A DNA stretch of 64,000 nt, from contig CAVVNQ010000004.1 in NCBI GenBank assembly GCA_963749705.1, positions 224,001 through 288,000 of the forward strand, written 5' to 3'. Positions 19,148 to 29,437 of the stretch are shown here, piece by piece. The stretch comes from an uncultured Chloroflexia bacterium (GTDB taxonomy: Bacteria; Chloroflexota; Limnocylindria; Limnocylindrales; CSP1-4). A program made the position numbers and the translations under genes. The number at the start of each line of letters is the position of its first letter. Positions within the stretch are counted from its first letter, which is position 1. Below the pieces are notes generated by a model, which was not told the origin of the DNA, ran no database searches, and was given only the letters and a program-made list of their open reading frames with translations.

Positions 19148-19963
19148 ATGCGATCAGGAACGATATCCGCAGAGCGCCGGCAGCCACTGTTCAACGAGAT
19201 CCGCGACCGGCTCCTCGCGGAGATCTCGGGAGGTCGCCTCGCTGTCGGCATGCGCCTGCCCTCGGAGCCGGAGCTCGCACTCAACCTGCAGATCAGCCGG
19301 CCGACCCTGCGAGAGGTCCTGAGGAGTCTCGAAGCCGACGGCATCGTCAGTCGCGTTCACGGGGTCGGCACCTTCGTGGCACGGAAGGAGCCACTCGTCC
19401 GTACCGCACTTGACCTCGACGTCGGCGTCACGGAGGCCGTTGCGGCGGCCAATGCGACCCTCGGCATCGAGATCGTGCGAATCGCGAATCAACCAGCGCC
19501 GCCGTGGGCAGGATCGGCGCTTGGGCTTGCCCCGGATGACCCCGTCCTGCATGTCGAGCGGATCATCAGGGCGAACGGAGTCCCCGCCGTTCATGGCGTC
19601 GACGTGATCCCGCTCGCCGTTACCGAGACGGCAAAGACGACCTACGACGGGGGGTCGGTCTATCGGTATCTGGAGCACGACTGTGGGATCGAGCTGGCGG
19701 GTGGCATTGCCGAGGTCACCGCCGTTTCGGCCACGGCACATCTCGCCAGGTGCCTTGGGACCCGAGGTAGCACCCCCCTGCTCCGCCTGGACCAGGTGGA
19801 GAAGGAGACCTCGGGACGCCCGGTCCTGTTCTCGAGAGAGCACTACGCCCCGGGTGTCTTCGGCCTGATGGTCCGCCGGACGCGAAATCAACGGGCCGAC
19901 CTGACAGCCGACGAGGTCGATGTCATCGATCCGCGGAGGCCCGACGTCGCCAACCCAGCGTGA
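19148..19963 (+). CDS. GntR family regulator, HutC/UTRA subfamily
   Basis: RLPSEPELA...ISRPTLREVLRSLEADGIVSRVHGVGTFV HTH plus UTRA-type C-domain. Confidence 0.92.
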   Translation: MRSGTISAERRQPLFNEIRDRLLAEISGGRLAVGMRLPSEPELALNLQISRPTLREVLRSLEADGIVSRVHGVGTFVARKEPLVRTALDLDVGVTEAVAAANATLGIEIVRIANQPAPPWAGSALGLAPDDPVLHVERIIRANGVPAVHGVDVIPLAVTETAKTTYDGGSVYRYLEHDCGIELAGGIAEVTAVSATAHLARCLGTRGSTPLLRLDQVEKETSGRPVLFSREHYAPGVFGLMVRRTRNQRADLTADEVDVIDPRRPDVANPA

Positions 19964-20019
19964 ATCTCAACTCGTCGTTGGCCGACCAGCGTCCCATCGC
20001 CGCCTGTTACGGAGCACCA

Positions 20020-21135
20020 GTGACCATCCAGCTCGATTCCTTCGTCCGCCCCGGTCTTGCGACCGTGGCGCCGTACAACGCGACGCATCACGACTTCGCC
20101 TGGCAGCATCGTGAGCTCGCCAGGCTGATGTCGAACGAATGCCCACTTCCGCCGTCCGAAGCCGTCGTCCGTGCGGTGATGGACGCGATGGCCGTCTCGA
20201 ACCTCTACCCGTATTCCGGAGAGGATCTGAGCTCGGCCCTGGCTGCGTTTGCGGGCGTCCCACGCGAATCCCTGGTGCTCGGCAACGGGTCCACCGAAGT
20301 GCTCGATGTCCTCGTCAGGGTGCTTGTCAGCCCTGGCGACGAGACGATCATCCCGACGCCGACTTATGCATTCTTCGAGTCCCAGACTCGTCTCAATGGG
20401 GGGACGCCAGTCTTCGTTCCCCTGACCGACTCGTGGGGTCTGGACGTGCCGGCGATCCTCCGCGCCGTGGGCTCCAGGACCAAGGCCATCTTCCTGTGCA
20501 GCCCGAACAACCCCACCGGGAACGGCTGGACCGGAGACGAGGTCCGGGCAGTGCTCGAGGCTGGCGTCCCGACGATCATCGACCAGGCGTACCTCGAGTG
20601 CGGCTACGCCGAGTCGTTCGCTCCGCTCGTCGCAGCGCACCCCAACCTGATCATCACCCGCACCATGTCCAAGGGGTTCGGGCTGGCAGCCCTCCGGATC
20701 GGCTACGCGATTGGTGACCCCTGGCTCATGGATGTCGTGAAGCGCGTACGGATCCCGTTCAGCCTCACCCTGATGTCGATCTGGGGTGGGCTCGCCGCCA
20801 TTGGCGAACCTCAGGAGCTCGAGCGGCGGCGGGCCTACATCAGCAGCGAGCGGGCTCGCCTCTACACCCAGCTGCAGGAGATGCCGGGTATCGTCCCGTT
20901 CCCGTCAGAGGGCAACTTCCTGCTCGTTGACATCTCGCGTACGGGACGTACGGCGCCGGAGGTGGTCGACTCGCTTCGGGCGGAGGATGTGCTGATCCGG
21001 GCGATGACAGCGCATCGGCTGCAGGGCTCGCATGTCCGGGTCACCGTCGGGACCACGGAGCAGAACACGCGCTTTCTCGAGCTGTTCCCCCAGGCCCTCG
21101 GCATCGAGGCGCCGGCGTCCCGGAAGCCGGCGTGA
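20020..21135 (+). CDS. PLP-dependent aminotransferase, HisC-like (class I/II)
   Basis: GNGSTE, CSPNNPTG, DQAY and RTMSKGFGLAALRIGY (PLP Lys); GGAG RBS before GTG 20020 (alternative start 19960). Confidence 0.9.
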   Translation: MTIQLDSFVRPGLATVAPYNATHHDFAWQHRELARLMSNECPLPPSEAVVRAVMDAMAVSNLYPYSGEDLSSALAAFAGVPRESLVLGNGSTEVLDVLVRVLVSPGDETIIPTPTYAFFESQTRLNGGTPVFVPLTDSWGLDVPAILRAVGSRTKAIFLCSPNNPTGNGWTGDEVRAVLEAGVPTIIDQAYLECGYAESFAPLVAAHPNLIITRTMSKGFGLAALRIGYAIGDPWLMDVVKRVRIPFSLTLMSIWGGLAAIGEPQELERRRAYISSERARLYTQLQEMPGIVPFPSEGNFLLVDISRTGRTAPEVVDSLRAEDVLIRAMTAHRLQGSHVRVTVGTTEQNTRFLELFPQALGIEAPASRKPA

Positions 21136-22640
21136 CGGGCGACCGGATCCTCGCCCTCGACGTGGGCACTGCCAGCGTCAAAGCGATCGTCACCGACCGG
21201 GACGGCCGCATCGTCGGCGGCTCGGCACGATCCTATGGCGTCACCACCCGTGATGCGGGCTGGATCGATCAGGATCTGGACGACATCCTCGCGGCATCGT
21301 CGGATGCGATCAGGTCACTGCTCGCCGGCCTGCCTGGGGGCGGCCACGAGATCGCCATCGTGTCGGTCACGGGCCAGATGTTCAACCTCGTGGCGGTCGG
21401 CACTGACGGGCGGCCGCTGATCCCGATGCTCAGCTGGCTCGACCAGCGGTCCGAGCCAAACGCCAGAGCGCTTGCCGCGACGATGCCCCCGGATGTGCAG
21501 TACCAGATGCTCGGGGCCGTCGTTTCGGGCAAGGACATCCTCCCGAAGATCCTCTGGCTGCGCGACCAGCGGCCGGAGGTCTACCGGGCCACGGCGAAGC
21601 TCCTCGACTGCAAGGAAGCTGTCGTCATGCATCTCACGGGCCGGGCGACCATCGATTTCGCGGGCGCATCTGCCTTTCGGCTCGTCGACCGTCGGACTCG
21701 AGAGTGGGATGACGCGGTCTGTCGCGAGATCGGGGTGTCCCGGAGGCTCCTGCCGGACCTGGCACCGGCGACGGCAATCGGAGGCGTGATCACGAATCCG
21801 GTCGCGCATGACACGGGGTTGATCGCGGGGACGCCCGTCGTCGTGGGCGCAGGCGATGTCGCGGCGAGCCAGGTCGGCGCGGGAGCGGTGAGGATCGGCG
21901 ACACGCACGTCAGCCTCGGCACCGCGGTCTACTTCGGCGTGACCCTTGCCGAACCATTGCCGGACCCAAACGGCCAGCTCGGGGTGCTGGGCCACATGGA
22001 CCGCGACGCGTGGATCCTGTGGCTGGAGATCGCGACCGGCGGAGGCGCCCTGAATTGGATCGCGAGGAGCATCGGCGCACTCGGCGCGAGCACGCCCGTT
22101 GACTACGGAGAGATCGAACGGCTCGTCGCCGGGTGTGTCGACGAGATGGACGAGCTGCTGTTCGCCCCCTGGCTCAGCGGCGAGCGGGTCCCGGTCTTTG
22201 ACGATCGCGTCCGGGCAGCCTTTGTCGGCCTCAGCCTCAAGCATGGCCCGTCCCATCTGCTCCGCGCCGTGATGGAGGGCGTGGCCTTCCAGATGCGATG
22301 GGCGCTCGAATATGGCCTGGCCTTTGGGCAGTCGATCAACGAGATCCGTGCTGTCGGCGGCGGGGTCATGGGTGCTGCCTGGACACAGCTCATCGCCGAC
22401 ATCCTCGGTCGTCCGATCCACGCGGTACGGCAACCGCAGGATGCCGCCGCGGTCGGAGCCGCTGCGTGCGGGATGGTCGCGCTCGGCCTGCGACCGGACT
22501 TCGAGTTTGCCCGGGACCTGGCAGTCGTCGATCACGTCTACCTGCCCGACCAGCAGCGGCGGGCGTTGTACGAGGAGCGGTACGGCCGATATCGCCAGCT
22601 GTACGAGGTCCTTTCGCACCTGCGTCGCCCGGTCGCCTGA
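21132..22640 (+). CDS. FGGY family carbohydrate kinase (xylulokinase-like)
   Basis: ALDVGTASVK, SWLDQRS, GAGD, SLGT, PWLSGERVP and RAVMEGVA motifs. Confidence 0.92.
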   Translation: MTGDRILALDVGTASVKAIVTDRDGRIVGGSARSYGVTTRDAGWIDQDLDDILAASSDAIRSLLAGLPGGGHEIAIVSVTGQMFNLVAVGTDGRPLIPMLSWLDQRSEPNARALAATMPPDVQYQMLGAVVSGKDILPKILWLRDQRPEVYRATAKLLDCKEAVVMHLTGRATIDFAGASAFRLVDRRTREWDDAVCREIGVSRRLLPDLAPATAIGGVITNPVAHDTGLIAGTPVVVGAGDVAASQVGAGAVRIGDTHVSLGTAVYFGVTLAEPLPDPNGQLGVLGHMDRDAWILWLEIATGGGALNWIARSIGALGASTPVDYGEIERLVAGCVDEMDELLFAPWLSGERVPVFDDRVRAAFVGLSLKHGPSHLLRAVMEGVAFQMRWALEYGLAFGQSINEIRAVGGGVMGAAWTQLIADILGRPIHAVRQPQDAAAVGAAACGMVALGLRPDFEFARDLAVVDHVYLPDQQRRALYEERYGRYRQLYEVLSHLRRPVA

Positions 22641-22641
22641 C

Positions 22642-23385
22642 ATGAGCCGTAGTGAGACCCGATCGGGGATCGAACAGCTGGCGTGCGAGCGCGTGACGGG
22701 CAGGCGTCCCGCGCGCGGCGTCGTATTCGACCTGGACGGAGTCCTGGTCCTGTCAGAGCACCTCTGGGACGAGGGCTGGACCGCGTATGCCGCGGCGCAC
22801 GGCTACGCCTGGCAGGTCGACGACACGCGGTCCTGCCAGGGGATGAGCGTCGGCGAGTGGAGTGCCTACCTTGCCGAACGGTCGTCGGGGACGAGCGAGG
22901 ACGCGGCGAGAGCGGTCATCGGCCACGTCATCGAGTGCTACGAGACCGGCCGGGTCATCCTTCAGCCTGGCGCCGGAGCGCTGGTCTCGAGCGTGGCGGC
23001 CCGCGTACCGATCGCCCTTGCCTCATCCGCGCCACGCGCGGTCATCGATACGGCAATGGAGTCGATGGGGCTCAAGCCATTCTTCTCCGCGACCGTCTCC
23101 AGCGCCGAGGTCGCGCGAGGGAAGCCAAACCCTGACGTCTACGCCGAGGCGATTCGCCGGCTGGGTGTCAGTTCGACGGAGAGCATCGCCGTCGAGGACT
23201 CGAGCAACGGGATCCGGTCGGCAACGGCGGCCGGTCTTCGGACGATCGCGATCCCGAGTCGCGAGTACCCGCTCGCCGACGATGCCAAGGCGCTCGCGGT
23301 GAGCATCCAGTCGTCGCTCACCGGGGTCGGCGAGGAGATCGGTCGAATGCTTGATCTGCATCCAGGAGGGGCGGGCGAGACATGA
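22642..23385 (+). CDS. HAD-IA family phosphatase
   Basis: FDLDGVL, ASSA, GKPNPDVY and VEDSSNG motifs. Confidence 0.9.
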   Translation: MSRSETRSGIEQLACERVTGRRPARGVVFDLDGVLVLSEHLWDEGWTAYAAAHGYAWQVDDTRSCQGMSVGEWSAYLAERSSGTSEDAARAVIGHVIECYETGRVILQPGAGALVSSVAARVPIALASSAPRAVIDTAMESMGLKPFFSATVSSAEVARGKPNPDVYAEAIRRLGVSSTESIAVEDSSNGIRSATAAGLRTIAIPSREYPLADDAKALAVSIQSSLTGVGEEIGRMLDLHPGGAGET

Positions 23386-25154
23386 CCCGTGTGTTCAATT
23401 CTGAGCGGACCTTCAAGGATGAGTACGTCGAAGGGCTCGTGTCAGCCTATTCGAGGTACCTTCGCCGCGTTCCGGACGCGTCGGGGGTCATGTCCATCAC
23501 GGCTCCCATCGCCGGGCGTGCGTCCGTGATCATCGGCGGCGGGTCTGGCCACTACCCCGCCTTCGCCGGGCTCGTCGGCCCTGGCCTGTGCGACGGCGCG
23601 ATCATCGGCGACATCTTCACCAGCCCGTCGGCCGAGCAGGCGTACCGCTGCATTCGAGCCCTCGACGGTGGCGCCGGGGTCCTGCTCGCCTTCGGGAACT
23701 ACTCGGGCGACGTCATGAACTTCGGACTCGCAGCCCAGCGAGCGAGGTCGGACGGGATCGACGTCAGGATCGTGCTCGTGACGGACGACGTCGCCAGCGC
23801 CCCCTCGGAGCGGCGGCGAGCTCGACGAGGCGTCGCCGGCGGGTTCTTCGTCTATCGAGCCGCAGCTGCGGCTGCTCATGCGGGCCTTCCGATCGCGGAG
23901 GTCGAGGGGCTCGCTCGCCGCGTCAACGAGGCGACATTCAGCTTCGGGGTCGCATTCGGTGGATGCACCTTCCCCGGGCGCACGGAGCCGCTGTTCGTGG
24001 TTGCACCCGGACGGATCGACCTCGGCCTCGGGATCCACGGAGAGCCCGGGATCGAGACCATCGACTGGGTGCCGGCGGAAGCGCTTGCTGCCGTGATCCT
24101 GGGGCCGATCCTGGCTGAGCGACCCAGCGGTGCGACACGGATACACCTGCTGCTCAATGGCCTGGGGAGCACGAAGTATGAGGAGCTGTTCGTCCTCTAC
24201 CGTTCGATTGGCCGGCTGCTCTCCGACGCAGGCGTCGATGTCGTTGACGCGGAGGTCGGGGAGTTGGTCACGTCGCTCGATATGGCGGGCTGCTCGCTCA
24301 GCGTTTGCTGGCTGGACGACGAGATCGAGGATCTGCTCGCCGCGCCGGCGAGCTCGCCCGGCTATCGAACCGCCAGCTACGCTGGCCCCGAACCTCGCGC
24401 GGCAGCTTCCGCTGCCGGCCTCCCGGCAGTCGAGCGACCCTCGTCGCGCCACCAAACGACATCCGCACCCGCCTCAACCTTCGCGCGGACCATCGCGCAG
24501 GCATTCGATGCGATGAGAGTCGCCATCGAGGCCGCGGACGAGAGCCTCGCCCGCCTCGACTCGGTGGCCGGCGATGGCGATCACGGCGCTGGCATGGTTC
24601 GCGGGATGTCAGCGGCCGCGGCCGCCGCGGCCGCGGCCGGGCCACTCGGAGCCGACGTGATCAAGGCCGCCGGACTCGCGTTCAGCGACGCTGCCGGCGG
24701 GGCGTCCGGAGCGCTGTGGGGAGCGGGGCTGCTGGCTGCCAGCGACTGCATCGCCACCCTGGACGAGCCAGCCCGGCGGTTGGTGGAGGATGCGCCGGAC
24801 GTCGCGTCCCTCCACGCGATGCTGCGTGCCGCCCTGGATGCGATCGCGAGCCTTGGCGGGGCCAAGCCAGGCGACAAGACCATGGTGGACGCCCTTGCGC
24901 CATTCGTCACGGAGCTCGGCGGATCGGCCGGAGGGTCGGTCACAGAGGCGTGGGTGGCGGCGGCGGCCGTTGCTCGCCAGGCCGCCGCGGACACGGCCGG
25001 CATGTCCAGCCGGCGTGGCCGAGCCGCGGTCCACGGTGACCGCAGTCGCGGCACGCCCGACCCGGGCGCTGTATCGATGGCGATCGCCCTGACCGCCGTC
25101 GGGCAGTTCCTGCATGACCAGCGGGGGTCAGCGATGGCCGGAGATCGGTCGTGA
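23382..25154 (+). CDS. DhaK-DhaL fused kinase, erythrulose-kinase-like
   Basis: GGGSGHYPAF, NYSGDVMNF, GIHGEPG, GDGDHG, GDKTMVDAL and DPGA motifs; HYP rather than HEP, as I recall for actinobacterial erythrulose kinases. Confidence 0.88.
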   Translation: MTRVFNSERTFKDEYVEGLVSAYSRYLRRVPDASGVMSITAPIAGRASVIIGGGSGHYPAFAGLVGPGLCDGAIIGDIFTSPSAEQAYRCIRALDGGAGVLLAFGNYSGDVMNFGLAAQRARSDGIDVRIVLVTDDVASAPSERRRARRGVAGGFFVYRAAAAAAHAGLPIAEVEGLARRVNEATFSFGVAFGGCTFPGRTEPLFVVAPGRIDLGLGIHGEPGIETIDWVPAEALAAVILGPILAERPSGATRIHLLLNGLGSTKYEELFVLYRSIGRLLSDAGVDVVDAEVGELVTSLDMAGCSLSVCWLDDEIEDLLAAPASSPGYRTASYAGPEPRAAASAAGLPAVERPSSRHQTTSAPASTFARTIAQAFDAMRVAIEAADESLARLDSVAGDGDHGAGMVRGMSAAAAAAAAAGPLGADVIKAAGLAFSDAAGGASGALWGAGLLAASDCIATLDEPARRLVEDAPDVASLHAMLRAALDAIASLGGAKPGDKTMVDALAPFVTELGGSAGGSVTEAWVAAAAVARQAAADTAGMSSRRGRAAVHGDRSRGTPDPGAVSMAIALTAVGQFLHDQRGSAMAGDRS

Positions 25155-25624
25155 GGATCGCCCTGGGTGCCGACGACCTCGGCTACCCGCTCAAGGAGAC
25201 GGTCAAGGCACACCTCGCCGCACTCGGCCACGACGTGGTCGACTATGGCGCCTTCGACACGGCTCCGACCGATTACCCGGACATTGCCGTCACCGTCGCG
25301 CGGGACGTTGCGGATGGCACCGTTCCCCGAGCGCTCCTGTTCTGTGGCACCGGCATCGGCATGGCGATGACCGCCAACAAGGTGGCCGGTGTGCGGGCTG
25401 CGTCGGTCAGCGATCCCTATTCGGCCGAGCGGGCCCGCAAGTCGAACGACGCTCAGATCCTGTGCCTGGGAGCACTCGTCGTCGGGCCGAGCGTCGCCAC
25501 GATGCTCGTGGACATCTGGCTCGCCGCGGAGTTTCAGGGTGGGGCGTCTGCGCGTAAGGTCGGCAAGATCCAGGAGCTGGACACCGATCGCTCGAGCGCG
25601 ATTGTCCAGGACGCGGGCTCGTAG
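25151..25624 (+). CDS. rpiB: RpiB/LacAB family sugar-phosphate isomerase (DerI-like)
   Basis: DYPD, CGTGIG, ANKVAGVRA and YSAERARKSNDAQ motifs. Confidence 0.9.
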   Translation: MRIALGADDLGYPLKETVKAHLAALGHDVVDYGAFDTAPTDYPDIAVTVARDVADGTVPRALLFCGTGIGMAMTANKVAGVRAASVSDPYSAERARKSNDAQILCLGALVVGPSVATMLVDIWLAAEFQGGASARKVGKIQELDTDRSSAIVQDAGS

Positions 25625-25689
25625 CTCCGACCAGCTGTCCCGTGGCGACCTGGCTGATCGCTACGGACCGACGGCCACCTGGGTAGCGC

Positions 25690-26544
25690 TCACCCTTGGT
25701 CCCCCGGGCTCGAGCTGGGATCCCAGTCCATCAGCCAGGCGTGGTCTGGATCCAGCGTGAAGTGCCACAGGCGGGTCGGGCCGGCCATCACGTTGAGGTA
25801 GTAGCAGTCGTAGCCGGCTGGACAGCCAACAGGATGGAAGCCGCGAGGCACCAGCACGACGTCACCATTCATCGGCGTGAGGGCATCGTCCAGCGATCGG
25901 TCGGTCGTGTAGATGCGCTGGAGAGCGAAGCCCTGGGGCTTCTCGAACCGGTAGTAGTACAGCTCCTCGAGGAGGCTCTCGCGCGGTTGATCCTCGGTGT
26001 CGTGCTTGTGGGGCGGGTAGCTGGACCAATTGCCGCCCGGCGTGACGACTTCGACCAGAATGAGTCGCCCGGCATCGGCGTCGGGCGGCAGCAGGTGGCG
26101 GACCGTCCGGAAGGTACGACCCGCGCCCCGAGCCTCCACGCGCATCGTTGCGGGTTCGATGAGCCTGGTCTGCAGCACGTCGCCACCAGGCGCGCCGGCG
26201 ATCGCAACCAGGGCTGGCGTGACCGCGCGGACCTGGAACGGCGTTCCGGGCGCGACCAGCACGACCGGGGCTGGAACGTCTTCGAATACGGAGCTCCGGC
26301 TGCCGACGTTGTTGAATACGAGCGAGCCCGCGACGATCCCAACGGCCCCCTCGAGCACGACGACAGCGACCTCGCGTTCGTCGCCCGACCGATTGATGGT
26401 CTGACCCGGGATCATCGTGTGAGCGACGAACGAAATCCAATGCCATCCGCGGTGGGCAAGGGTCGGAGGTTCAGCCGATGGATCGATGACAACGCCAACG
26501 CCATCGCGGCCCGACGATACCGATCGACGGAGGAGCCTGCTCAT
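25690..26544 (-). CDS. iolB: 5-deoxy-glucuronate isomerase (IolB/KduI cupin)
   Basis: EVVTPGGNWSSYPPHKHD, LEELYYY, VPRGFHP and YYLNVMAGP motifs. Confidence 0.95.
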   Translation of the reverse strand: MSRLLRRSVSSGRDGVGVVIDPSAEPPTLAHRGWHWISFVAHTMIPGQTINRSGDEREVAVVVLEGAVGIVAGSLVFNNVGSRSSVFEDVPAPVVLVAPGTPFQVRAVTPALVAIAGAPGGDVLQTRLIEPATMRVEARGAGRTFRTVRHLLPPDADAGRLILVEVVTPGGNWSSYPPHKHDTEDQPRESLLEELYYYRFEKPQGFALQRIYTTDRSLDDALTPMNGDVVLVPRGFHPVGCPAGYDCYYLNVMAGPTRLWHFTLDPDHAWLMDWDPSSSPGDQG

Positions 26545-26670
26545 CCGTCGGCTTGCGCGAGCAGAGGCTCGCTGGTGGCAGGCGTGGTCCTGCACGGGCG
26601 ACCCTGCGAGCCAGGTGCCGATTTCGGGCCCGTCCCGCCGCCCTCCGGTTGGCCGGCAGTAGCGCGAGTC

Positions 26671-28548
26671 TCACACAAGCCGTCGCTCCGTCGCTACGCG
26701 CTCCTCGTACGCTCGGCGGGCCTTGCGCACCGATGAGAAGCCGCTGACTTCCGCGACCGGGACATCCCACCACGACCCGTACGCCTGGACGCTCACGGTT
26801 GGGTCGATCTCGACGACGATCACCGTGGTCCGGTCCGAGGTTCGCGCATCCGCGAGGGCGCCCGCAAGCTCATCGGGCGTGTCGGCTCGCAGGACGCGCG
26901 CGCCGAGGCTCCTGGCGTTGGCTGCGAAGTCAATCGGCAGGTTGGCTCCGGTCAGGCGGCCGCTCGCGGAGTCTCGGAAGCGGAACGAGTTGAACTCATT
27001 GTGGACGCCGCAAGCGCTGGCGAGGTTCTTGATGCACTGGAACCCATGGTTGTCGAGGACGACGACCGTGAGCCGGATCCCCTCCTGGACCGAGGTCAGC
27101 AGCTCTGACGACAGCATCAGGTAGGAGCCATCACCCACGAGGACGAAGACCTCCGAGTCAGGCGATGCCATCTTCGCCCCGAGGCCGCCCGCGATCTCGT
27201 AGCCCATGGTCGAGTAGCCATACTCGACGTGATAGTCACCCGGCCGGGACGTGCGCCAGAGCTTGTGCAGGTCCCCGGGCAGTCCCCCGGCGGCCTGCAC
27301 CAGGACATCCCCGGGGCGAGCCGCACGATTGACGATCCCGATCACCTCCGGCTGGGACAAATGGTCGTGGCCACGCATCATCAACACGCGGTCCACCTCC
27401 AGCTGCCATGCCTCCCGGAGCGTGGCCATATGGCTGCGCCGCTCGGTGGTGGCCCCAGCCCAGCCGCGCGCCTCCAGCGCCGTCTGCAGGTCGGCCAGGC
27501 CGGATCGCGCGTCCGCGACCAATCCGATGGCCGCGGCCTTCGCCGCGTCAAGCTCAGCAACGTTGAGCGCGATGAATTGGACCCCCGGGTCCTGCCAGGC
27601 CGTCCAGCTCGCGGTCGTGAAATCGGCAAGTCGCGTCCCGATCGCCAGGACGAGATCGGCGTCGCGCGCGGCCGCGTTGCCGGCCGAGCCACCGGTCACC
27701 CCGATCGCCCCGAGCTGCATCGGATGATCCCAGGGGAGCGCGCCCTTGCCACCTTGCGTCTCGACGACCGGCAGCCCGAACCGTTCCGCGAACATGCCCA
27801 ACTCGGCGCATGCATCGCTGTACAGCACCCCGCCCCCGGCAATCACCAGCGGCCGTCGGCTCGAGATCAGGAGGTCCGCCGCGCGCACGAGCGCCGCTTC
27901 ATCGGGGCGGGGGCGGGGAATGTGGTGGACACGCCGCTCGAACAGCTCGACCGGGAAGTCGAATGCCTCCGCCTGTACGTCCTGCGGCAAGGCAAGGGTG
28001 ACCGCTCCAGTCTCGGTTGGGGAGGTGAGAACGCGCATGGCGGCCGGCAACGCGGAGATCAACTGTTCCGGGCGGTTGACGCGATCCCAGTATCTCGATA
28101 CGGGACGCAGACAGTCGTTCACCGAGATGTCCTGCGTCTCCGGCCGCTCCAGCTGCTGGAGCACGGGCGCCACGCGGCGTGTCGCGAAGATGTCGCCGGG
28201 CAGGAGCAGGACGGGAAGCCGGTTGACCGTGGCGGCAGCCGCCCCGGTCACGAGGTTTGTCGCCCCAGGCCCGATCGAGGTGGTGCACGCGAACGCCCCG
28301 AGCCGGCGTCGTCGCTTGGCAAAGGCGACGGCCGCATGCACCATCGCCTGCTCGTTGCGCGCCTGGATGAACCGGATCCGATCCTGTGTCGCATGGAGTG
28401 CCTCGCCCAGACCGGCGACGTTGCCGTGCCCAAAGATCCCAAACACGCCATGGAAGAAGGGGGCTTCGGTCCCGTCACGTTCCACGGACTGCGCGATCAG
28501 GAACTCGATCGTCGCCCGGGCCGCCGTGACCCTGCGTGTCCTGTGCAT
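26671..28548 (-). CDS. iolD: 3D-(3,5/4)-trihydroxycyclohexane-1,2-dione acylhydrolase (ThDP-dependent)
   Basis: IFGHGNVAG, NEQAMVHAA, TSIGPGATN, GDLHKLW, HVEYGYSTMGYE, GDGSYLM and WWDVPV motifs. Confidence 0.96.
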   Translation of the reverse strand: MHRTRRVTAARATIEFLIAQSVERDGTEAPFFHGVFGIFGHGNVAGLGEALHATQDRIRFIQARNEQAMVHAAVAFAKRRRRLGAFACTTSIGPGATNLVTGAAAATVNRLPVLLLPGDIFATRRVAPVLQQLERPETQDISVNDCLRPVSRYWDRVNRPEQLISALPAAMRVLTSPTETGAVTLALPQDVQAEAFDFPVELFERRVHHIPRPRPDEAALVRAADLLISSRRPLVIAGGGVLYSDACAELGMFAERFGLPVVETQGGKGALPWDHPMQLGAIGVTGGSAGNAAARDADLVLAIGTRLADFTTASWTAWQDPGVQFIALNVAELDAAKAAAIGLVADARSGLADLQTALEARGWAGATTERRSHMATLREAWQLEVDRVLMMRGHDHLSQPEVIGIVNRAARPGDVLVQAAGGLPGDLHKLWRTSRPGDYHVEYGYSTMGYEIAGGLGAKMASPDSEVFVLVGDGSYLMLSSELLTSVQEGIRLTVVVLDNHGFQCIKNLASACGVHNEFNSFRFRDSASGRLTGANLPIDFAANARSLGARVLRADTPDELAGALADARTSDRTTVIVVEIDPTVSVQAYGSWWDVPVAEVSGFSSVRKARRAYEERVATERRLV

Positions 28549-28565
28549 GGTCGCTCCCCTCCTGC

Positions 28566-29324
28566 TCACCGCGCCCCGGGTTCCGCCTCAGGACCGCAGA
28601 TGTACGGTCGTCGTCGAGGTCCGGGAAGCCCTCCCTCATCGACCCGGTCGCGCAGCCATGCCTCCACGTCCTCGAAGGTCGACCAGGGCTCGAAAGCCAC
28701 CCCCCGCTGGCGGCAGATGGCCACCAGGTTTCCCTTGGCGAAGACGGTGTCCGCATAGGCGACCGCGTACTGATCGCTGAAGCCATCGCCGACGAACACG
28801 ACGTGACGGCCGGCCGCCTGCTGCGCCAGGACCCGGGATCGCTTGCAGGTACCACAGACGGGACAATCGGGGTTGCCCGCGGGGAAGCTGATCCTCGGCC
28901 TCGCACCCCCGAACTCGATGCTTGCCGTGAACACCGGGATCTCGCCCAGGCCGAGTGCAGCCACCGCCGGCGACACGAAGAATCCGAGCCCGTCGCTAAC
29001 GATCTCGATGACCGCGCCGAGGTCCCTGGCGGCGGCCACGAACGGGCCGAAGGTCGGGTCGTGTCCCTGATTCCGCAAGACCTCGCGAAGCGTCGATGGG
29101 TCCTGCGGCAGGAGGCCTGCCTCCGCCTCGAGGAGAGCGCGAGTCCCGATGGTTCCGGCACGGTACGCCTGCTCCAGGTCAAGCCATGCTCGCTCCGACG
29201 AGGCGACACGGACCAGCTCGTCGGTCACGTCGATGGTCGCGATCGTGCCGTCGTAGTCGATGAGGAAGGCCAGGTCGGGCGCGCGCTGACCGGGATCGCC
29301 GCTGGCGAGTTCGGAAGTCGACAT
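28566..29324 (-). CDS. MtnX-like HAD-IB phosphatase
   Basis: DYDGTI, IVSDG, CPVCGTCK and VGDGFSD...ADTVFAK motifs. Confidence 0.88.
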   Translation of the reverse strand: MSTSELASGDPGQRAPDLAFLIDYDGTIATIDVTDELVRVASSERAWLDLEQAYRAGTIGTRALLEAEAGLLPQDPSTLREVLRNQGHDPTFGPFVAAARDLGAVIEIVSDGLGFFVSPAVAALGLGEIPVFTASIEFGGARPRISFPAGNPDCPVCGTCKRSRVLAQQAAGRHVVFVGDGFSDQYAVAYADTVFAKGNLVAICRQRGVAFEPWSTFEDVEAWLRDRVDEGGLPGPRRRPYICGPEAEPGAR

Positions 29325-29437
29325 GTCGAACGAACGATCCTTGTCGGCTGGGACGGGCCCGGGAGTAAGACTGGCTCACGTCGGCGGTGGGCCGACACAC
29401 GGTCGGCCCACCGCCATTTGACGCGGCGCCGGTGAGA

